From contig CAWBQK010000011.1 of assembly GCA_963791045.1 (NCBI GenBank), forward strand, positions 96,001 to 160,000: a stretch of DNA of 64,000 nt, read 5' to 3'. Positions within the stretch are counted from its first letter, which is position 1. Each line of letters begins with the position of its first letter. The notes below the pieces were generated by a model. It was not told the origin of the DNA and did no database searches. It saw nothing but the letters and a program-made list of their open reading frames with translations. The stretch is from Candidatus Latescibacterota bacterium. GTDB lineage: Bacteria; Krumholzibacteriota; Krumholzibacteriia; WVZY01. Positions 58,421 to 64,000 of this stretch are shown here, in pieces. A program made the translations under genes and the position numbers.

Positions 58421-59602
58421 TCACCGATCCGGGCCGGGGACGCCTAAGGTTGGAGGGTCGGGCTCCACGAAGTAAATCCATGAGTATTTAATCATATACG
58501 GGCCGTGACACAGCGTGAGGTAATAGTAATCGTAGGGGAGATACTTGCCGGTTTCATCGTTGATAAAGTCGTATGTCAACGAATAGATACCCTCCTCCAG
58601 GGTCTCGTTCACGAGGTAATCAAATACGTTGTCACCACAGTATACGCCGCCATAGCCATATTTCTGGATCGCCACCTTTGTGGGGTTGTCGGCCGCGGCA
58701 CGGAACATTATATAAGTGATGTCGCCCGGGCGGAGAACCCCGGGGCTGAAGGAAAGATCAAAATTCACCCCGAGCGCTTGACCCATGTTCGACAGGCCCG
58801 ACCAGTTGTCGAGTTCATCCACGGTTTTCATTGCAAAGAAATAGAGTCCGTCCTCGACCAGAACCGTCACGCCCAGTGTGTCGAGCTCTCCGGCCGGTTT
58901 GGGTTGATATGACTGAGCGAATACCGACGCGGCTTCCCAGGCCGCAACGCTGAGAATCGGAGACCGAGAATACCGGATCTCGTATCCCGCCGCGGTTCCC
59001 ACATGATAGTCATCTCCTGGTGACGTAAAGATCAATTGATAGTCGAACGTAGTCAGCGCCTCGGCCCTGAGGTCGGTAATGTCGCCTGGGGGGAAGCCTT
59101 CGTCTTTTGTCCGAACCGTCGCGATGTTTGAAAGAGGGGAAGTATTATCGGCTTCGTCCGTGGCTTTTAGTCCAAACCAGTAATCCGAACCCGAATCCAG
59201 TTCCATGACCACGACAGTCTCAATTTTGCCGCTCTCCTGCGGGGGCGGTATCCGCGATGGGGCTACGGGTGTCGCCTGATCCCACGTGTTGTCATCGATG
59301 GCAAATTTGGCATAACGGATGTCGTAACTGGCAGCGGTTCCAGTGTTGCCATCATCGCCGGGAGCGTTCCACACAAGCGCGGCGCTTTCAAAAGTGGGGG
59401 CCTGAATGTGAAGGCTTGTCACCACCGCGGGTGGAATCGTGTCGGGCGGATCTTCGATGTGCGGACCGGGGCCCGTTGGTGCCGGCGTGTCCTCGCCGCC
59501 GCATCCGGGCAGCGCCGCGAACTGCGTTGCGAGTACGAGCGACAACACGGCGACCATGAGAATTCGCGGGATCGTGATTAGACTGTTCTTCTGCGCTGAC
59601 AT
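58421..59602 (-). CDS. Fibronectin type III lipoprotein (paralogue 2)
   Basis: Cys in LPGC after a hydrophobic stretch; two 'W/F-xPGDD..GTA..YxIRY' FN3 units. Confidence 0.85.
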   Translation of the reverse strand: MSAQKNSLITIPRILMVAVLSLVLATQFAALPGCGGEDTPAPTGPGPHIEDPPDTIPPAVVTSLHIQAPTFESAALVWNAPGDDGNTGTAASYDIRYAKFAIDDNTWDQATPVAPSRIPPPQESGKIETVVVMELDSGSDYWFGLKATDEADNTSPLSNIATVRTKDEGFPPGDITDLRAEALTTFDYQLIFTSPGDDYHVGTAAGYEIRYSRSPILSVAAWEAASVFAQSYQPKPAGELDTLGVTVLVEDGLYFFAMKTVDELDNWSGLSNMGQALGVNFDLSFSPGVLRPGDITYIMFRAAADNPTKVAIQKYGYGGVYCGDNVFDYLVNETLEEGIYSLTYDFINDETGKYLPYDYYYLTLCHGPYMIKYSWIYFVEPDPPTLGVPGPDR

Positions 59603-59660
59603 CTCGACCTCTTGGTTGGCTGTTCAATGCCTCGATTTCTCCGGAGTAGCGTTTCCGTCG

Positions 59661-60782
59661 TTACTCCACTACTTGGAACCACTCCCGTTGGATTTCCTCC
59701 TCTTCCCGACAAAACAATATGATGTAATAATCCGGCGGAAGATATTCCCTTGTATCCTCGTTATAAAAATCATCAGTGATGTTATAAACTCCGGGAGGAA
59801 ACGTCTCATCGGCAAGTACTTCTAACCGGTACGTCAAATGTGTGCAGGATATCCATCCGACGTCGCTGTACAAGCTTATCTTGAGCGTTTCCGTGATATC
59901 CGTTCTGAAAAACATGTATACCTGTTGTCCGGGCCGCACCTGCTTCGGGCTGAGCCACAAGTCGATTCCAACTCCCAGCGCCGGCGCCGGATTCGACACG
60001 CCTGAAACATTTCCCAGTTCATCGCTCGTTTTAAGCCCGAAGAAATAGCTCCTCCCGGGAGTGAGCCCCGTTGCGACGAAGGTTTCTTCCTCGCCCGTTG
60101 CTTTTGGCGACGGGGCGGATTCGAGTGGTGTCGCCGCATCCCACGCCGTTTCGTCCACGATAGGGTTTGGCGAGTGGCGGATTTCATAAGAGGTCGCCTG
60201 CCCGGTCATGTAATCATCCCCCGGTGCCGTCCACGTGAGCTCGAATCTGGTTTGGTCGATTGCCGTCGCTTTCAGATCCGTCACGGCCGACGGAGGAATC
60301 TCCTCGTTCTTTGTGGTTCCGGTTGCACAGTTTGAGAGTTCCGACCAGAGTCCTTCGTTGTCGACCGTTTTCAATGCGAATGCGTAAAGAGAACCCGAAT
60401 CCAGTCCCAAGACCACTATTGTCTCGATCTGTTTGGCCTGCTTCGGAGCCGGGACGATGGTCGGGTCGAGCGGTTCCGCCTGGTGCCAGTTGATTTCACT
60501 GATCGGTTGATCCGAGAATCGAATATCGTATGCCGTCGCGGTCCCTTCGTCGCCGTTATCCCCGGGAGCCGTCCATACGAGCGCGAGACTGGTGCTTGTC
60601 GGCGCCGCAGTGTGGAGGGTGGTCGTAGCGCCGGGGCAAACGGTGTCGGGCGGCTCCTGTGTTTCGGGTCCGGGCCCGGCGGGCGTGCCGTCGTCGCCGC
60701 CACAACCAGCGATGACAATGGCCGAGACCACCAGTACCGCGGTGATAGTGAACCACACAGATATTCCAAGCCGGGACATCAT
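59661..60782 (-). CDS. Fibronectin type III lipoprotein (paralogue 1)
   Basis: Lipobox IAGC; two 'WTAPGD..YxIR' FN3 units; colinear with 58421-59602. Confidence 0.85.
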   Translation of the reverse strand: MMSRLGISVWFTITAVLVVSAIVIAGCGGDDGTPAGPGPETQEPPDTVCPGATTTLHTAAPTSTSLALVWTAPGDNGDEGTATAYDIRFSDQPISEINWHQAEPLDPTIVPAPKQAKQIETIVVLGLDSGSLYAFALKTVDNEGLWSELSNCATGTTKNEEIPPSAVTDLKATAIDQTRFELTWTAPGDDYMTGQATSYEIRHSPNPIVDETAWDAATPLESAPSPKATGEEETFVATGLTPGRSYFFGLKTSDELGNVSGVSNPAPALGVGIDLWLSPKQVRPGQQVYMFFRTDITETLKISLYSDVGWISCTHLTYRLEVLADETFPPGVYNITDDFYNEDTREYLPPDYYIILFCREEEEIQREWFQVVE

Positions 60783-61182
60783 GTCGGGCTTCCTCCGAGA
60801 GCGCTTTCTCTATAAGTATATACGGTAAATACAGTGATACGGTTGCAGTGTTTGAGGGCGCGCGGGAGGCGGCCCCCTGTGTAGAGGGGGATACACGACG
60901 AACTTCCCACAACCGTTGTGTGGTTGAGAAAACAGTAAGGGGCTTTAGGCCCAGATCTCATATCAGTCCCCTTGCCCGCGGACGGATTGAGGTTTTCCCT
61001 GGTGGGCTTTCAATTATACACGAAGCCTTTGAACGAGGGCAAGCGAAACGAAATTCGGTCCAAAACCTGCGCCAGTGAAACATTATGGGCTTGGATTCGT
61101 ATTATATTTAATAGCAGGAGGTTATGGGGTCCGCCATGTCACGAAGGGCGATCCTGAGGTTCCGGATTTTGCAAGACCGTGC

Positions 61183-61211
61183 TTGCCATCATTTTTGTTA
61201 TCTGGCATAAT
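61183..61211 (+). promoter_or_regulatory. Sigma70-like promoter (copy 1)
   Basis: TTGCCA-N17-CATAAT with extended TG; same boxes at 63646-63674. Confidence 0.7.
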
Positions 61212-61281
61212 TAATATGGACTTATCTCCCACCAGATTCGTACCCCACTCACCGGTCTCCCGTTCAAGGAAGGATCCGGAC

Positions 61282-63615
61282 ATGAGACGAGTCTGTGCCA
61301 TCGTAACGTCCGCTTGCTTTGTTTTTCTTCTACCCCTGTTTGTTACCCCTGCGCATTCGAAAACGCCCCGGGTTCGCATGATCAATGCTGCTGCTCAAGC
61401 GGATGAACCAACCCAACGCGTGTATTTCTACTCGACATCGATGGACGAGGCAAGACTCCTCGCGCTCCGCAAACGGCTGATCGCCGAGGGCGGACAGCGT
61501 GTGAACTGCTTTCTCCCGCGAGTGGTTGTGTGCGATCTGCCCGTGAGGATGAACGCGCGAGCGTTCGTCGGTGGGTCCGATATTAAGATGATGTACGAGT
61601 CGCAGGTGGATGAGCGGGCCACGGATGATTCGATATTCGGGCCTGGGTGGATCAAGCAGTGCTACAGGATGGCTGATGAGCCGACGCCGTCGATTGCCGC
61701 CGCTCCGCCGCTCGATTTTGATTCGATGGGATTGCTGGAAAATTCGGTTATGACGGTGCCGGCGGAGACGGTGTTGAAGACCCAGGTCGCCGCATCGGGC
61801 GACTACCCGAACCCACGGAACATCCAACAGAACAGTGAAATTCTGATCGGCGATGTTCTCGTCAATTTGATTTTCCCGGAGAGTGTTCCGCACCCACTCC
61901 ACCAGGAGGACTGGAAGCCGGAGAACATCTCGGCGGCGACCTCGCAGGCGACGCTCGCCGTGTTGATGTTTCAAACCGAATACAGGAAAGCCGACATCAG
62001 CTTCATCATACGCGCGGAACAGGACCTCGCGGTGTCCGTCGAACCGATAAACCTGCGGTTGCGCGACAACACGTGGATCCCGGAAGTCATGGAGCGGTTG
62101 GGGTATCCGAATGACGGAACGGGTGACCGGCATCTCACCGCGGTTCACGAATTCAATAACGCCAACAGAAAAAAATACGACACGGAATGGGTGTTTACCG
62201 TATTTCTCGTCGATGCGCGTGTGGACTCGGATCATATGTTCGACATGTCGAGAAAGGTCGGCTGGTCGTTCACGGGAGGACCGTTTATGGTGCTCCCTCA
62301 TCCGGCTGGAAGTCTGGCGACATCTCAGGCGTTCAAATTCTATTTTGGAACGATATTCTGGGCGCTCGATGAGGCAGAAAACGCGCAGAACGACTGTAAC
62401 TCGACCGCCGGGTATCTCGACGTCCAGCATCTCAATAAACAAACGGGAACCAACCAGTATGGCGGGGCGATGGGGTGTCCGGGGCAGGGTACGCCCGAGC
62501 CATGCCCCCTGAACTACTCGACCCTTTCGTGGTATTCGGGGCCGCCGTGCGATTACTCCGCAGGGATGATGGGTGTCTCGGACTTCAACCACAATTCGGT
62601 TCCGGACTGCCTGGATGCGGCTCCCATAGTTGTTTTTGAGAACGCGGAGATAGAGACCGTGTTCACGATCACCGCCCCCATTCGATTCACCGCCATATCC
62701 GAGGGCGTTCCCAACGAAAACCCCAAACAGGATCCGGAGACACGGGTGAGTTACGCGGTACCTGTCAAGTTTGTCGGTCGCGCGGATGAGAACGGATTTA
62801 TCATTCAAAAACTGTTTCCGAAGGACGGTGTTTACGACGAGCTGGTGGAGGAATTTGAATTCGCGACCGATCTTCTTCCGGCGGGGATGTCGACATTCTC
62901 GGTGGTTACGCGCAACACGTTCAACGCGATGTCCGAGGCGCAGACTAAGCAGATTTTCTACATCGGGTTGACTTACCTTCATTTTGGTTACACGAACCGG
63001 AATGACGGCAACATGGTCAGGTTCGATCTTCTCGGTGAGACGTTCGACGCAAACCTCGAGCTGCACCGAATCGATGTCGATGGCGCAGGGGAGGATGTTG
63101 TGATTGCCTCGGGCCTCGATCCGCTACACTCGGTGGGCGGTTTTTCGCTCTTCGAGTATTTCGACGATGGTGTCATCCCCGGCGAGCTTTACCGATACTA
63201 TGTCGAGGGGACATTTACGACGACATACCGCGACCAGGATACCACGGTCGTTGTTCGAACCGATGACGCCGAGACACGCGCGATGATTCCCGTGGCCTCG
63301 GGCGCAATGGTATCGAGCGCATCGCCGAATCCGTTCAACGAGAGCACTCTGATCTCGATCATCGTCCCGATGTCATACGACAACCCGGACGCCGAGCTTC
63401 CGATACCGACCGAGTCGACTGTGAATGTGTGGGTGTACGATGTGATGGGCCGGCAGGTGAAGCGGCTCTACTCGGAACAGATTATCGGGCAGGTTTTGAC
63501 TTTGAGATGGGATGGTACCAATGTGAACAACCAGGCTGTCCCCGCAGGTGTATATTTTGTCAAGGCGAGGGCCGCTGGTATAGAAGGGACGACAAAGATC
63601 GTCCGCGTACGCTAA
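61282..63615 (+). CDS. Secreted metallopeptidase-like protein lacking HExxH, with C-terminal FlgD-Ig-like domain
   Basis: Signal peptide; 'AFKFYFGTIFWALDE'; C-terminus 'PNPFN..VYDVMGRQVKRL..WDGTN..VPAGVYFVK..KIVRVR'; RBS AAGGAAGGA. Confidence 0.8.
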   Translation: MRRVCAIVTSACFVFLLPLFVTPAHSKTPRVRMINAAAQADEPTQRVYFYSTSMDEARLLALRKRLIAEGGQRVNCFLPRVVVCDLPVRMNARAFVGGSDIKMMYESQVDERATDDSIFGPGWIKQCYRMADEPTPSIAAAPPLDFDSMGLLENSVMTVPAETVLKTQVAASGDYPNPRNIQQNSEILIGDVLVNLIFPESVPHPLHQEDWKPENISAATSQATLAVLMFQTEYRKADISFIIRAEQDLAVSVEPINLRLRDNTWIPEVMERLGYPNDGTGDRHLTAVHEFNNANRKKYDTEWVFTVFLVDARVDSDHMFDMSRKVGWSFTGGPFMVLPHPAGSLATSQAFKFYFGTIFWALDEAENAQNDCNSTAGYLDVQHLNKQTGTNQYGGAMGCPGQGTPEPCPLNYSTLSWYSGPPCDYSAGMMGVSDFNHNSVPDCLDAAPIVVFENAEIETVFTITAPIRFTAISEGVPNENPKQDPETRVSYAVPVKFVGRADENGFIIQKLFPKDGVYDELVEEFEFATDLLPAGMSTFSVVTRNTFNAMSEAQTKQIFYIGLTYLHFGYTNRNDGNMVRFDLLGETFDANLELHRIDVDGAGEDVVIASGLDPLHSVGGFSLFEYFDDGVIPGELYRYYVEGTFTTTYRDQDTTVVVRTDDAETRAMIPVASGAMVSSASPNPFNESTLISIIVPMSYDNPDAELPIPTESTVNVWVYDVMGRQVKRLYSEQIIGQVLTLRWDGTNVNNQAVPAGVYFVKARAAGIEGTTKIVRVR

Positions 63616-63645
63616 ACCGCTATTGGGGGGCCGGGGACACTGTGC

Positions 63646-63674
63646 TTGCCATATGGCTGGTTATCTGGCATAAT
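63646..63674 (+). promoter_or_regulatory. Sigma70-like promoter (copy 2)
   Basis: TTGCCA-N17-CATAAT, shares GTTATCTGGCATAAT with copy 1. Confidence 0.7.
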
Positions 63675-63746
63675 CTCGGGTGAATCGTTGCCCCACCATG
63701 TTTTACCCCCTGCCGCCCGGTTTCCCGTCCAAGGAAGGATTCGGTA

Positions 63747-64000
63747 ATGAGACGTGTCTGTACATTCGCATTGATCCCGTGTGTCCTGTTTGTTCTGGCC
63801 ATTATGGCCGCGCCCGTGGCTTCGAAGACGCCCCAGGTTCGCATGATCAATGCCGCCGCACCCGAATCCGAACCTACGGAACGCGTGTATTTTTACTCGA
63901 CATCAATGAGCGAGAAGAGTCTCCTCGATCTCCATTCACGGCTTATCGCCGCGGGCGCGCAGCGTGTGAACTGCTTTCTCCCGCGCGTGGTTGTGTGCGA
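63747..64000 (+). CDS. Tandem paralogue of 61282-63615 (truncated by window end)
   Basis: Own translation MRRVCTFALIPCVLFVLAIMAAPVASKTPQVRMINAAAPESEPTERVYFYSTSM..GAQRVNCFLPRVVVC closely matches the upstream N-terminus. Confidence 0.9.
   Translation, partial: MRRVCTFALIPCVLFVLAIMAAPVASKTPQVRMINAAAPESEPTERVYFYSTSMSEKSLLDLHSRLIAAGAQRVNCFLPRVVVC

Noticed and set aside
60783-61180. c-di-GMP-type riboswitch in the divergent spacer
   Set aside because: Only fragmentary resemblance; required paired motifs not found
61330-63066. 578-aa antisense ORF (also 20365-21300, 56228-57409, 37249-37899)
   Set aside because: Mirror frames of well-supported genes in GC-rich DNA, with no motifs

Overview
GC-rich bacterial chromosomal DNA, gene-dense, with no rRNA, intact tRNA, CRISPR array, integrase or transposase that I can support. 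Secreted proteins with a C-terminal 'TWGx(I/V)KxxY' tail or a FlgD-Ig-like domain suggest an FCB-group candidate lineage such as Krumholzibacteriota/Latescibacterota (inference). Layout: (1) 1-12.5 kb, a co-oriented envelope/transport run: MscS, DUF481 barrel, AI-2E, HlyD/DUF2955/TolC-type efflux, second MscS, a ~1000-aa signal peptide + beta-rich + phospholipase D protein, FadL-like barrel. (2) 13.8-20.3 kb, a mosaic of intact genes and gene fragments with a degenerate tRNA 3'-end remnant. (3) hflX, three GT-C-like membrane proteins and a motif-degenerate MqnA homologue. (4) Two related two-component modules split by patatin-POTRA-barrel, Na/Pi, PhoU, DMT, rhomboid and TetR genes. (5) Metallophosphoesterase / NTT-HEAT transporter / cNMP-binding operon. 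(6) ECF sigma, anti-sigma, DUF4097, PLD, M14 peptidase. (7) A structured intergenic element, a lipoprotein serine protease with a stand-alone copy of its own N-terminal domain, a beta-CASP nuclease, tandem FN3 lipoproteins and a duplicated secreted metalloprotease homologue lacking its zinc ligands. Five single-base frameshifts in four genes are probably assembly errors. All family calls come from motif recognition by eye, not database searches.
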